From: Squalus acanthias
Lineage: Eukaryota
Assembly (NCBI GenBank): GCA_030390025.1
Contig: CM059432.1
Location: forward strand, 145,142,001-145,206,000
DNA: 64,000 bases
Direction of reading: 5' to 3'
Shown here piece by piece: positions 12,490 through 25,085 of this stretch. The position numbers and the translations under genes were made by a program. The stretch's first letter is position 1; each line of letters starts with the position of its first letter. Under the pieces are notes generated by a model, which was not told where the DNA came from, did not search any database, and saw only the letters and a list, made by a program, of their open reading frames with translations.

Positions 12490-13422
12490 CTCTTTCACTT
12501 ACCACAGAAAAAAAACCTAGAACCAAATAGCGCCTTTAACGTAGTAAAACGTCCCAAGGCGCTTCACAGGAGCGATCAGCAAACAACATTTGACACCGAG
12601 CCAGACTTTAATTAAACTTTTATGTTTCAAATGTACAACAGAAATTATGGCAGAGTTTCATATTTGTCCAGGGCTCAAAGGGTTAACATATGAGGATAAG
12701 TTGCATAAAAGTTGGCTTGTATTCCCCCTGAGTTACGAAGGTTGAGAGGCGACCTAATTTAATCGAGATATTTAACATGATTAAGGGATTGGATAGGGTA
12801 GATACAGGGAAACTATTTCCTCTGGTGGGAGAGTCCAGAACCTTTAAAATTAGAGCCAGGCCGTTCAGGGGGTGATGTCAGGAAGCACTTCTTCACACAA
12901 AGGGTCGGGGAAATCTGGAACTCTCTGCCTCAAAAGGCCGTGGATGCTGGGGGACAATTGGAGCTTTCAAGACTGAGATTGATAGATTTTTGTTGGGTAA
13001 GGGTATCAAGGGATACGGAGCAAAGGCGAGTAATCAGATTGAACGGCGGAACAGGCTCGAGGGGCTGAATGGCCTCCTCCTGTTCCGACGATACACAAGA
13101 AACTGTTTCGGCTAATCTGATCCTTTTACTTTCCCTACTGGAATGAAAGTTTGACTCAAGAAGAGACAAGCACCCGTGTGACTGACAGACAGGCGCCTTC
13201 ACCCCCCAGCAATGAAACGGTGCCCAGCAGAATCTTGCAAATAATCGATCCGGCAACTAGAAAAGCGGAAACGGGAAGACGGGGTGGGTTCAACAACGAC
13301 AGCAAAGTCTCGCTGATAGGGTTGAGAGAAGTGAGTCATTTCCTTTTAGTTTCTAACCAGCTGGTTGAGTGAATCGTCCCTGATCCAGAGGAGTGAATCG
13401 TCCCTGATCCAGAGGAGTGAAC

Positions 13423-13859
13423 ATGTGGCTGCATTACTGGGTCCTTGTGGTGACCGCTTTGCCCTGTATGTGTTTCTGATGGTTTATTCAGATATTGCTA
13501 TTCTGTCTCCTCTATCACGCCGTTGTTTTATTCGTATGTATTCTTTTTGCAGGCGGATGTTTTGCTCAAACCTTGACACAGGTTGTCCCATCGGTTACTA
13601 AATCTGCTGGTAAAACCGGTAGATTCCAATGTGAAGTAAAAGATGCAACGATCAGTAACAGTAATCCCATTCACTGGTACCGGCACAAACCCGGCCAGCC
13701 GCTCACCAGAATACTCTATTATGGGAATAAAGTAACGCGAGATCCGGGATTCGATGAAACGTTTCAAGCTGGGAAGAAGGAAAACACCGATTTCTACCTC
13801 ACGATCGGCAATGTAAAGAAAGAAGACGAGGCCACTTATTACTGTGCGTGCTGGGATCG
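13423..13859 (+). CDS. TRGV: TCR gamma V segment 3 (leader 13423-13465, intron 13466-13552, V exon 13553-13859)
   Basis: Leader MWLHYWVLVVTALP; V domain RFQC...PIHWYRH...EATYYCACWD. Confidence 0.93.
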
Positions 13860-13898
13860 CACAGTGCGGAACCTAAACACAACCCCTGTGCAAAAACC
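13860..13898 (+). other. 23-RSS of V3
   Basis: CACAGTG + 23 nt + GCAAAAACC. Confidence 0.95.
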
Positions 13899-14394
13899 CT
13901 GAACCACTCGAGGTTTAACGATCAAGAGAAACCCACAGACTCCTCGTCTCAGCGGGCAAAGCAGCAGCGACACCCCAGCTGGATTTGTGGCTTAACTTTT
14001 TCTGCCTAAACCCATGAAATGCCAAGTGATGCGATGCGAGCCAAGTCTCTTGTCATTTTAATCCATTCGCTTCTTCTGAAGTGCCCGGACATGGAGTTAA
14101 AACACCGAAAGCCGCCTTAGTGGGGAGTTCGCGGCCCCTGGTAAAGGTGGATCTGCTCTGTCGGTGTTGCATTGAGGTTCCCCTGGGGGGAGGTTATCTA
14201 TGGAGGTGGTCCTTCAGAGACCGGCTCCCAGGGTCTGGATATTCGGCCACCAGCGGCCGAATCAATGTCAACCCGCCAGATGTCATCGACCCGCGGGGAA
14301 GGAGCCGTGTTTTACACTGGGTGATTTGACTAGCTCTGGTCCCATTGGGGCAGTAAACTAGCCATCGCCGACAAACATCCCCATGAACTAGCAT

Positions 14395-15010
14395 AAGGGA
14401 TCCTGGGCTTGATAAACAGGGGCATAGAATACAAAATCAGGGAAGTTATAGTGAACCTTCATAAATCACTGGCTAAGCCTCAGCTGGAGTATTGTGTCCA
14501 GTTCTGAGCATCACACTCCAGAGAGGATGTCAAGGCCTTGCAGTGGAGATTTACTAGAATGATACCAGGGATCAGGGACTTCAGTTATGTGGAGAGACTG
14601 GAGCAGATGGGATTGTTCTCCTTAGAGCAGAGAAGGTTAATGGGAGATTTAATAGGTGTTCAAATATCGAAGTGTTTTGATAGAGTAAATAAGGAGAAAT
14701 TGTTTCCACTGGCAGGAGAGTCGGTAACCAGAGGACACAGATTTAAGATAATTGGCAAAAGAACCAGAGGTGAGATGAGGAGATTTTTTTAATGCAGCGA
14801 GTTGTTGTGATCTGGCATGCACTACCTGAAAGGGCAGTGGAAGCAGATTCAATAGTAACTTTCAAAAAGAGAATTGGATAAATATTTGAAAAGGAAACAT
14901 TAGCAGGGTTATGGGGAAAGAACAGGGCAGTGGGACTAATTTCAAAGAGCCAACACAGGCATGATGGGCTGAATGGCCTCCTTCTGTGCTGTAAGATTCT
15001 GTGATTCTAT
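14395..15010 (+). mobile_element. CR1 3' fragment
   Basis: RFTRMIPG...GLFSLEQRRL...RGHRFK and tail. Confidence 0.85.
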
Positions 15011-15087
15011 CACCACTTCCTACATTCCGAAATGTCACGGTCAGCTCATTTACAGGAAGAGCAGATTCACGTTAAAAAAGGAAGGGA

Positions 15088-17062
15088 GGAATCATAGAAT
15101 CGTAGAATGGTTACAGTACAGTAGGAGGCCATTCGGCCCATCAAGCCCATGCCAGCTCTCTGCAAGAGCAATTCAGCTAGTTCCGCTCCCCAGCCTTTTC
15201 CCCGTAGCCCTGCAATTATTTTTTCCCTTCAGGTACTTATCCAATTCCCTTTTGAAAGCTACTATTGAATCTGCCTCCACCACCCTTTCAGGCAGTGCAT
15301 TCCAGATCATAACCACTCATTGCGTAAAAAAGTTGCCTTTCGATCTTCTGCCAATCATCTTAAATCTGTGTCCTCTGGTTCTCAACCCTTCCACCAATGA
15401 CAACAGTTTCTCTCTATCTACTCTGTCTAGACCCCTCATGATTTTGAACACCTCTATCAAATCTCCTCTCAACCTTCTCTGCTCCAAGGAGAACAACCCC
15501 AGCTTCTCCTCCGGGTGCTCCGGTTTCCTCCCACAGTCCAAAAATGTGCGGGTTAGGTTGATTTGGCTATGATAAATTGACCCTTAGTGTTAGGGGGGGA
15601 TTAAATATGAGGGGTTATGGGGATAGGATGGGATATGTTAGGGGGAATTAAATACGTGGGGTTACAGGGGTAGGGTGGGATATGTGTACTGTGGAGATTA
15701 AAGCAGGGACAGGGTGCTGGATTTGGATGATCAGCCATGATCGTATTGAATGGTGGAGCAGGCTCGACGGGCCGAATGGCCTACTCCTGCTCCTAGATTC
15801 TATGTTTCTATGTTTCTATGTTTCTCCAGTCTATCCACGTAACTGTAATTCCTCATCCCTGGAACCATTCTTGTAAATCTTTTCTGCACCCTCTCTAAAG
15901 CCTTCACATCCTTCCTAAAGTGTGGTGCCCAGAATTGGACACAATACTCTAGTTGTGGTCGAACCAGTGTTTTATACTGGTTCATCATAGCTTCCTTGCT
16001 TTTGTACTCTATGCCCCTATTTATCGACACCGACATCAAGTATCTACAAAAAAATGTTAAAGCTTTTCGTTTTACATACAGACGGCAGCTTTTGACACGT
16101 TAGAACCCCTGCGACTACACCTCATTGTCTCAGTTGTATCTTGCTATGTCTTTGATGTGGTACCTTCCTGGCTGACTTAATTAACTTTATCACACCTCGG
16201 CAGATAGTCAGGATGATTTAATTTATTGGTCTGCAATTGTAAAGTACACATTCTTTGTTTTCCATCTATATATGCTTTGGAGATTCTGTATCTAATTTAC
16301 TTCACCTGAGGAAGGAGCAAATCGATAGCTCCGAAAGCTTGTGATTTCAAATAAAACTGTTGGACTATAACCTGGTGTTGTGCGACCTCCCTATTTATAA
16401 AGCCCAGGATCCTGTATGCTTTTTTAACAGCTTTCACAACCTGCCCTGCCACCTTCAACAATTTGTGCACATATACCCCAAGGTGTCTCTGTTCATGCAC
16501 CCCCTTTAGAATTGTACCCTTTAGTTTATTTTGCCTCTCAACATTCTTTCTACCAAAATGTATCACTTCGCACTTTTCTGCATTAAATTTAATCTGCCAT
16601 GTGTCCGCCCATTCCACCAGCCTGTCTATGTCCTCTTGAAGTCTATCACTATATTCCTCATTGTTTACTATACATCCAAGTTTTGTGTCATCTGCAAATG
16701 TTGAAATTGTGCCCTGTACACCCAAGCCCAAGTCATTAATATATATCAAGAAAAGCAGTGGTCCTAGTACCGACCCCTGGGGAACACCACTGTGTACATT
16801 CCTCCAGTCCGAAAAACAACCATTCACCACTACTCTCTGTTTCCTGTCACTTAGCAAATTTCATATCCATGCTGCCACTGACCCTTTTATTCCATGGACT
16901 TCAACTTTGCTGGCAAGCCTATTATGTGGCACTTTATCAAACGCCTTTTGGAAGTCCATGTACACCACATCAACCGTATTACCCTCATCAACCCTCCCTG
17001 TAACCTCATCAAAAATTTCAATCGAGTTAGTTAAACATGATTTGCCTTTAACAAATCCTTGC
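15088..17062 (-). mobile_element. CR1 RT fragment with nested insertions
   Basis: [17 protein letters not shown] ORFs; interrupted by a V-SINE and other inserts. Confidence 0.88.
15507..15824 (+). mobile_element. 5'-truncated HE1-type V-SINE
   Basis: Near-identical reverse complement of part of 8274-8700, ending in (TTCTATGT)n. Confidence 0.85.
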
Positions 17063-17261
17063 TGAGGAAACCCCATTAGCTTGCTCTCTTGAGACCCAGG
17101 TTGTGAGGCAAAAGTAGCTGGAGACCCAGGCCTGATCTTGACCCATGGGTCCACATAGGTACATCTGCTGGGATTCACAAAAATAGCACCCAGGGACACC
17201 TACTTGTTGCCTGGATTGTGAAGAGCGAAGGGCAGAGGCCCAGCCTCCTAGAGATAAAGAA

Positions 17262-17665
17262 GAAAGAACTTGCATTTATATAGCGCCTCATGATGTCTCA
17301 AAGTGCTTTACAGCCAATGAAGTACTTTTTGAAGTATAGTCACTGTTGTAATGTAGGAAACGCGGCAGCCAATTTTTCCACAGCCAGCTCCCACAAACAA
17401 CAATGCGATAATGACCAGATCATCTGGTTTAGTGATGTTGGTTGAGGGTTAAATATTGGCCAGTACACTGGGGATAACTTCCCTGCTCTTCTTGGAAATA
17501 GTGCCATGGGATCTTTTACCCGAGGGAGCAGACGGGCCTCGATTTAATGTCTGATCGGAAAGACGGCACCTCCAACAGTGCAGCACTCCCTCAGTACTGC
17601 ACTGGGAGTGGCAGCCTGGACTATGTGCCCAAGTCTCTGGAGTGAGTCTTGAACCCACGAGATCT
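17262..17665 (-). mobile_element. Deu-domain SINE (SacSINE1/AmnSINE-like)
   Basis: Shared core GCAGCACTCCCTCAGTACTGCAC and AGTCACTGTTGTAATGTAGG; several copies in the window. Confidence 0.78.
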
Positions 17666-18316
17666 GAATAGACGTTTCCATATTTCACGGCTCTCCCCGA
17701 ATTCCCAATGGGAATATGGATAAACACCTCGAGATTTCTGAGCTGGCGATTATTGGAACTTCTAGAAACTGTGAAAATTATCGCTGAGTTTCTCCAAAGT
17801 GGTAGAGACGGGGTTGCAAAAAGATATGAAGGATGGAAAGTGAGAAAAGAGATAAAGGCAGAGAAAGTGCGTAGGGAGGAGGAAATGACTGGCAAAATAC
17901 AGTCAAAAGGGCTATACAGTAATAACCCCAGTCATCCCGAGAAAGCGAAGCGATTAAAAGCGAGGTATTAGAGCAAAAAGTGATTACAAACTGCATTTAT
18001 GAGAGTAAAAACACAGCAAGAGCGAAGCAGTAGTTTAATTACTTAAATCCTTTTGATCGAATAAAGCGTACACCACCTGCAGTTTACAATAGGTTTGAAC
18101 CACTGCGGCTCCCACCTCCTGTACATCAATGAAAAAGCACTCAACCATTGTGTAAAGAGCGGCGAAGCAATGATCCAGAATGTGAACAGATCGCGGTACC
18201 GCCAGGAAACGGAACCGTTTTACATCGACTGGATCCGAGATGCGAGTCATTTCCTCTTTAACCTCCAACCATCTGGTTAAACGGAGCGAGTATATTCTAA
18301 TCTTCACTGCTATACC

Positions 18317-18732
18317 ATGTCGTTCCATGGTCTAGTTATGGTGCTGATACTTGCCCCCAGTAAGTGTGTCAGGCATCAGTTTGTTTGTGATTTCTGCCTA
18401 TCTTTCAAAACCATATGGCTTTTCTGTGTTTTCTTTGCAGGTGGATATTTTGCCGAGGCCTTGCAGCAGTTTCCGATATCGATCACCAAGCCTAAGACTA
18501 CAACGGTCAAAATACAATGCGTGACACGGGAGACAGAGACTATCCACTGGTACCAGCACCGACCTAACCAGGCCCCGAGAAGAATAATGCATTCTAGCAA
18601 CAGCGGAATGGTGCTGGAGACGGGAGCCCCAGACAAGTTCTCAGCTGAGAAGAGTGACTCTTCATTCTTTCTTGTAATTGATAACATTGAACTGTCGGAT
18701 TCTGCCATGTATTATTGTGCCTACTGGATCTC
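18317..18732 (+). CDS. TRGV: TCR gamma V segment 4 (leader 18317-18359, intron 18360-18440, V exon 18441-18732)
   Basis: Leader MSFHGLVMVLILAP; V domain KIQC...TIHWYQH...DSAMYYCAYWI; very short CDR1. Confidence 0.92.
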
Positions 18733-18771
18733 CACAGTGCGCACCAGCGGTAGAAACCCATTACAAAAACC
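18733..18771 (+). other. 23-RSS of V4
   Basis: CACAGTG + 23 nt + ACAAAAACC. Confidence 0.97.
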
Positions 18772-19202
18772 CCCACAGGGCTCCCCGCTGCTCAGCGCAG
18801 TTACACAAGTTCACGGGGCAGAGGTGATTCTTTTTGCTTGGAGTTCCAAATTGCTAAGTAACTTTTATTTCAAAATTTCAAGCAGAAACTAATGTAATTG
18901 GGGTTTTAAAATCCAGGGATTCATGTGGACAAAGGGAAAGGGAAATCCGTCTCTCTGATGTCCCATACCTTTCAAAACAGTTTATCAGTTATTTCATTCA
19001 CTGAAGCTCACTTAGTTCTTTCGAGTTTTGTTACACGATGGATCAAGCTGCGATTCTTTGCGGCATATTTTCTATTTGGTTTCAATATTTAAATAGGAGA
19101 CAAAGGCTTTTTAAACTGTTCCTTTTCACCGTGTTACGTGAGGCCGCCAATGCTTTTTAATCTGTTTCTGCGAATTCTTATTTTCAAAATGAGCAAAACT
19201 TA

Positions 19203-19665
19203 AAAGAAAGACTTGCATTTATATAGCGCCTTTCAGACCACAGGACGTCCCAAAGTGCTTTACAGCCAATGGAGTACTTTTTGGAGTGTAGTCACTGTTG
19301 TAATGTGGGAAACGCAGCAGCTAATTTTCGCACAGCAAGCTCCCACAAACAGCAATGTGATAATGACCAGATAATCTGTTTTTAGTGATGCTGGTTGAGG
19401 GATAAGTATTGGCCAGAACACGTGCAGAACTCCCCTGCTCTTCTTCGAATAGTGCCATGGGATCTTTTATGTCCACTTGAGAGAGCAGACAGGGCCTCCG
19501 TTTAACATCTGATCCAAAAGACGGCACCTCCAACAGTGCAGCACTCCCTCAGCACTGGACTGGGAGTGTCAGCCTAGCTTTATGTGCTCAAGTCTCTGAA
19601 GTGGGACTGTGAACCCACTGACCTTCCGACTCACAGGCGAGGGTGCTACCAACTGAGCCACAGCT
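19203..19665 (-). mobile_element. Deu-domain SINE, near full length
   Basis: tRNA-like head (reverse complement of GCTACCAACTGAGCCACAGC) plus the same core. Confidence 0.8.
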
Positions 19666-21799
19666 GACATAGATAAGTATCCAAGGACACCAAATATAAT
19701 CGATGCTCATCAATAATCAATCAACCACTAATCGCAGCTTCGGTGCTTGCTTTAACCATGCATTTTTGGTGACAGGCGCCGGTTCCAACACAACTCCCAC
19801 ATACGAGGGCAATGGCCCGGTTTAATTCCTTACTCTGAATTTCTCATTGGACCCCTTGTTGTCTCACTGATAAGCGATGCTCACACTTTCCAAACAATTC
19901 ATGATTCTTCCATTTTGGACCAGAAATAAAAAATTGTCGATTTCCATAACTTTCTCAGATTGTTAATGACAGCTAGGTTATTTTCTGAGTCTAATCTCCA
20001 TATAGCTTACAATAGAATAAATGGACAAAGTGAAAGGAGTGATAGCCTTCGTTATTTTCAACTCTCTTTGGAAAGTCCTGCATTAAAAAGAAAACGCGGC
20101 CTATAATTGATCCACGGTATTTTCTCGTTTTTAGTGAATTCTCAAAAGTGTACGTTCACATGTACATTTTACGAAGCAGTGCATTACATATACATTGTAT
20201 AAGGTCCACGTTCACAAATATATTTCGTGCAATTTACAATCCCATATGAACCAAGAGCACATTCCAAGTTGCGTGGGGCTTGCGGGAGTAATGCGCGGCT
20301 CATCCCGATGTGTGTGTTCACACTACCAGCGATGCTTGTCCAAGGGTTGGGGCAGATCGCTTGCCCTTAGTCTCTGGAGATTAGTGAGACCTGTGGAGAT
20401 TAGTGGCAGGACTCTCCATACTAGTAGTGACGTTGGTTGGGGGTCATTGCACTTCATGCTCGCTGGGTGAGTTACTGTGCTGGAGGGGGAGGGGAGGGAA
20501 GGCCGGTTGTGTCACGATTCCCTCCAAGGTTGCACCCCAGACTGTTCTAGGAGTGGGCCGAACATCAAGCATTCTAGTTGGCATTTAACCCACTTAACCT
20601 TCTGTGGAGGGAGTGCCTGATGTGATATTGAGCTTGTTGCATCGGTCACTGTGCCACCCCTATCTGGGAAATGGGATTAGCCTACAAGTGGGTGGGACAA
20701 ACCAACGAGAAGGGCATCGAGGCAATTGTGGGATCTGGACCAGGGATACAAGGGCAACATAACCCATTCCAAAAAAAGATTGTGGGGAAGACAACTCTCT
20801 CCCCCATCTCGCCCCAGTGGCCGTTCTGTGGGGAGTGCGGCAGCTGCGTCACACTGCATATCATTATTTTGTAATTGTACACATTATCCTTCAAACATTT
20901 TCTTTACTGCCTGGCAGTGAATCGGAGGAAGATTAAAATTAAATGCATAAACACGGATGGAGATGAGCAGCTGCTGTTTGGAACAGATGGTTTCTGAGCT
21001 GCTAGACCAAGAAAGGCAACGAGTCAGGGATGAACAATGTAGGTAGGATACAACGTTAGGTAGGTTTGCTGAAGTTTTACTAAATTTATCTTTGGAGACC
21101 AAGGTGAAACTTTGTAGAACCTTTCCTCAGCAGATGACAGACTGGGTAGAGCGCATTACAGAGCAGGTTGTATCTGGTTTTGTGAAGGATCAGGCTTCAT
21201 GGGCCAGATGGGCTATACTTCTGTTCACAGACGTGAGCCTGATTCATTTATAACTCCGAAGCGCATTAGATATCTGGTCAGTTTCACTTGTGGAACTGCA
21301 AATGATATTGTATGGCTAGCCAGGACATAATAAAGGATAGAAAGAAGAACTTGCATGTACATAGCACCTTCCATGAACTCGGGACTTCTCATAGTGTTTC
21401 ACAGTTAATGAAGTGTTGTCATTGTTGTAATGCATGGATATGCAGCAGCCAATTTGCACACAGCAAGGTCCCTCATACAGCAATGAGCTAAATTAAAAAA
21501 TATATATATCTGTTTTAGTTGGTTGAGGGATAACTATTGGTTAGGACACCAGGATGATTCTGTCTACAGGGAAAGGGCGGGGGAGTGGGACTAGCTAAGG
21601 TGCTCCTGCAGCCAGCACGGGCTCGACGGGCCAAATGGCCTCCTTCTGTGCGGTAACCATTCTATTCTATGATTCCAGGAGAACTCCCCTGCTTTCTTTG
21701 AATAGTATTGAGAGGTCGCACAACACCAGGTTATATTTTTTGAATAGTGCCATGGATTGTTTTACATCTACCTTAGAGGGCTGATAGGGCCTCAGTTTG

Positions 21800-22670
21800 A
21801 AAGAAAGAACGAGAGAAAGAAAGTAGGAGAGGAGAGAAAGGAGAGAAAGGAGAGGAGAGCAGAGAAAAAGTGAGAAAGGGAGAGAAAGTGAGCGAGAAAG
21901 AAAGAGTGATAAAGGGAGAGAGAAAGAAAGGGAGAGAAAGGAAGAGAAAGAGAAAGAGAGACAGAGAGAAATAAAGAGGAAGAGAGAGTGGGAGAGAGTT
22001 AGAGAATGAGAGAAAGAGAGAAAGAGAGAGAGAGTGAAAGATAGAGTGAGAGAGAGAGAGCGAGAGAGCGTGGGAGAGAGCGGGATACTCAGAAAGACAG
22101 AGAGAAAGGCAGAGAGAAAAAGAGATAGCGAGAAAGCGAGAGGGAAAGAGCAAGAGAGAAAGAGCGAGAGAGAAAGAAAGAGAGAAAAGAGAGAAAAGAG
22201 AGAGAAGAGAGTTAGAGAAAAGAGAAAGTGAGAGATAGCGAGAGAACAAGAGAAGAGAGAAAGGAGAGAAAGAGAGAGAAAAAGAGAGAGAGCGAAAAAA
22301 GTGAGAGAAAGAAAAAGAGAAAGCGAGAAAGAAAGAGAGAGAAAGAAAGAGAGAGAAATAGAGAAAGAGGAAAATGGGGAGAGAGAGTGAGAAAGAGAGC
22401 AAGAAAGGGACAGCGAACAAGAGCGAGAGAGCGGGAGAGAGCGAGCGGGAGAGAGCGAGCAGGAGAGTCAGGAAGGCAGAGCAAAAGAGAGATAGAGAAA
22501 GCGAGAGAGATGAGGGTGAAAGAGGGAGGGAAAGAGAAAGAGAGAAAGAAAAAGAGAGGAGTGAGAGAGAGATAGAGAGAAAGAGAAAGTGAGAGAGAAA
22601 GAGAAAGCGAGAGAAAGGGGAGAAGAGGGAGAGAGAAAGAGAGAGAACGAGAGGGAGAAACAGAAATAAA
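21800..22670 (+). repeat. GA-rich polypurine low-complexity tract (~870 bp)
   Basis: Almost pure A/G on the + strand. Confidence 0.95.
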
Positions 22671-23451
22671 TAAAAAGTAAGATTAAGATAAAGAGCTACA
22701 CTGACGAAGGAAAAATAGGCGACACATTTACTATATGAATGGCTTTGAAATAGCCAAGGATGACGATGAGAGAGACCCAGGAGTCTCGGTAGATGCAGGG
22801 CAGCAATCAACTAAGACAATAGAATGTTGATCTCCAATGGTCAAAACAGTGAGTACAAGTCAAAGGAGGTAATGGTCAAACTGTACAGGCTCTGGTCAGA
22901 CCACATCGAGTACTGTCTCCAGCTCTGTTTGCCCAGACACACAGGAGGCAGTGCAGAGAGGAGTCAAAAGGCTGGTTCTACTGTCAGGGGTTTGAGTTTT
23001 TCACAAAGATTGAAGAGATTTGGGCTCTTGGTTCTGGCCAGGAGGCGTCTGAGAGATGTTCTTAGAGGTGTGTAAGATTGTTACTGGAATGGAAACGGTA
23101 GATCTGTAAAGCTACTTACTCTAAATTAAACTGTCGGAATAGGACAAGGGAACGCAGGACTATAGAAGGCAACTCTCGGGCGATATCAGGAGGCTGACCA
23201 CCACTAGTGAGCAACACTTGGAATGGACTTCAGGGCAGCGTGGTTGAGCCGAAGGCCTAATTTAAGTGTGCTAAAACCCCCATCACAGTGAATAACAAGA
23301 TGAAACGTCACAGCCACCAAATGGAAACGACACCCTCTAGGCCACATGGAGATCCAGGACTGGGTGAGACCGATTGGCGTCATTTCCGCTATCTCAGCAG
23401 CCCAGTGACAGGTATTTGTGAAGCTGGATCAGATCGGTGTGAGACACAAAC

Positions 23452-23892
23452 ATGATGAGCCACATCATTGTGATTTTACTGACCTTCCTCGGTCAGTTTT
23501 TAGGTTCCAATTGATCATTTTCATCCATCTCTGGCCTCCGCATTGCGAAATAATTTGATTAATTTGCATTCTTTTCTCCTGCAGGTAAATCTGTTGCTGT
23601 AACCTTGACACAGTCTCCATTATCGATGACCAGAGGTCCGACGAAAACTGTACGGTTTTACTGTAAGGTTGAAGGGACACCGTTCGAGAATGCCGTCATA
23701 CACTGGTACCGGCAGACCGCGGGTCAAGGGCTGCAACGCATGATATATTTTAAGAATCCATCCGAGACTGAGAAGGATATGTCTGACAAACTAGTATTCG
23801 TTGAAAAAGTACCGGAAACCAAATCCTGCAATCTGCTCCTGAGGAATATCCAGGAGGATGATACCGGGATCTATTACTGTGCTTGGTGGGAT
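23452..23892 (+). CDS. TRGV: TCR gamma V segment 5 (leader 23452-23491, intron 23492-23584, V exon 23585-23892)
   Basis: Leader MMSHIIVILLTFL; V domain RFYC...VIHWYRQ...DTGIYYCAWWD. Confidence 0.92.
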
Positions 23893-23931
23893 CACAGTGA
23901 CTGAAAGCGATGGAAACCCCGTACAAAAAGC
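23893..23931 (+). other. 23-RSS of V5
   Basis: CACAGTG + 23 nt + ACAAAAAGC. Confidence 0.95.
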
Positions 23932-24105
23932 GAACCTGCACGAACACCATCATGTTCATTCTGTGCAAGCTGTTAACACAAAAACCACAGGTGTAGCGTT
24001 TGGAGAGTTCCACTAACATCTGCTTTTTAACTCCACCGTAGGCTGGATAGATCGTTATTTTCATGATGTTATTTGCATATTATTTTTGAACTGGGATGAA
24101 TAAAA

Positions 24106-24560
24106 TTCTTCTTCTTCTCAGGCAGTCCCTCGGAACCGAGGATGACTTGCTTCCACACTAAAAATGAGTTCTCAGGTGACTGATGAGTCCAATGCGGGAC
24201 CTACAGTCTCTGTCACAGGTGGGGCAGACGGTGGTTGAAGGGGCGGGTTGGGTGGGGTGCTTGGGTTGACGTGCGCTCCTTCCACTTTATTTGCGCTTGG
24301 CTTCCGCTTGCTCCCGGCGAAGAGAACTCGAGGTGTTTGGCGCCTTCCCGGATGCTTCTCCTGCACTTTGTGCGGTCTTGGGCCGGGATTCCCAAATGTC
24401 GGTGGGGATGTTGCACTTTTTCAAGGAGGCTTTGAGGGTGTCCTTGAAGCGTTTCCTCTGCCCACCTGGGGCTCTCTTGCCATGTCGGAGCTCCGAGTAG
24501 AGCACTTGTTTTGAGAGTCTCGTATCGGGCATGCAGATGATGTGGCCCTTCCATCGGAGC
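24106..24560 (-). mobile_element. RTE-clade LINE 3' fragment
   Basis: MPDTRLSKQVLYSEL...GGQRKRFKDTLKASLK motif and (GAA)n tail. Confidence 0.85.
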
Positions 24561-24905
24561 TGAATAAAATTGCTGTGTTAAACGCGTGCAATATAATTAT
24601 CACAGCTCTCTATATATATATTCCATAAATGGATATAACAGATCACTTACTGCTTAAACTAACAGCTCCATTCCCTTCATCACATTCTAGATAAGTTTCA
24701 AAGCTTCCCACGGTCACACGGGCATCAATGAACATGCTACCTAAACCATCAACCCAACTCCATTGATACTTTCAGTCACTGTCCTATCACAGGAACAGGA
24801 GGAGGCCAATTCAGCCCCTCGAGCCACTTCCCCTATTTAATGAGATCATGGCTGATCTGTATCCGAACTTCATCTAGCCATCTTGGCCCCATATCCCTTA
24901 ATACC

Positions 24906-25085
24906 TGTGGTAACACAATACAGCTTCCTGTGACTCGAACTTTATTGCATCACTTCCTGTGATTAGTCCAGGATCCAACTGATCAGTCCAGTTTTTATCC
25001 TGGACTAATCAGTTGGATCCTGGACTAATCACAGGAAGTGATGCAATAAAGTTCGAGTCACAGGAAGCTGTATTGTGTTACCACA
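24906..25085. mobile_element. 180-bp palindromic element, TGT...ACA ends, 5-bp TSD ATACC
   Basis: Arms are near-perfect reverse complements; ATACC at 24901-24905 and 25086-25090. Confidence 0.88.

Larger units (their letters stand above)
1..13099. repeat. Tandem segmental duplication, unit about 7.4 kb (1-5661 matches 7039-13099)
   Basis: Near-identical sequence and ORFs at offset 7038, then about 7455 after a SINE insertion; identity ends at ...GATACACAA. Confidence 0.95.

Noticed and set aside
20230-20860. GC-richer blocks here and at about 14060-14395 and 51090-51560
   Set aside because: Probably repeat-derived, but I see no motif that supports a specific call
21773-22810. 345-aa Ser/Leu/Phe-rich ORF and overlapping Arg/Glu-rich ORFs
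   Set aside because: Artifacts of the GA low-complexity tract
23562-23569. Octamer ATTTGCAT as an Ig-type promoter, implying an Ig light-chain locus
   Set aside because: It lies in the V5 intron near the acceptor, not upstream of the leader, and is not seen at a conserved position in the other V genes
23978-23986. Second perfect nonamer ACAAAAACC downstream of V5
   Set aside because: No CAC heptamer at 12 or 23 nt spacing
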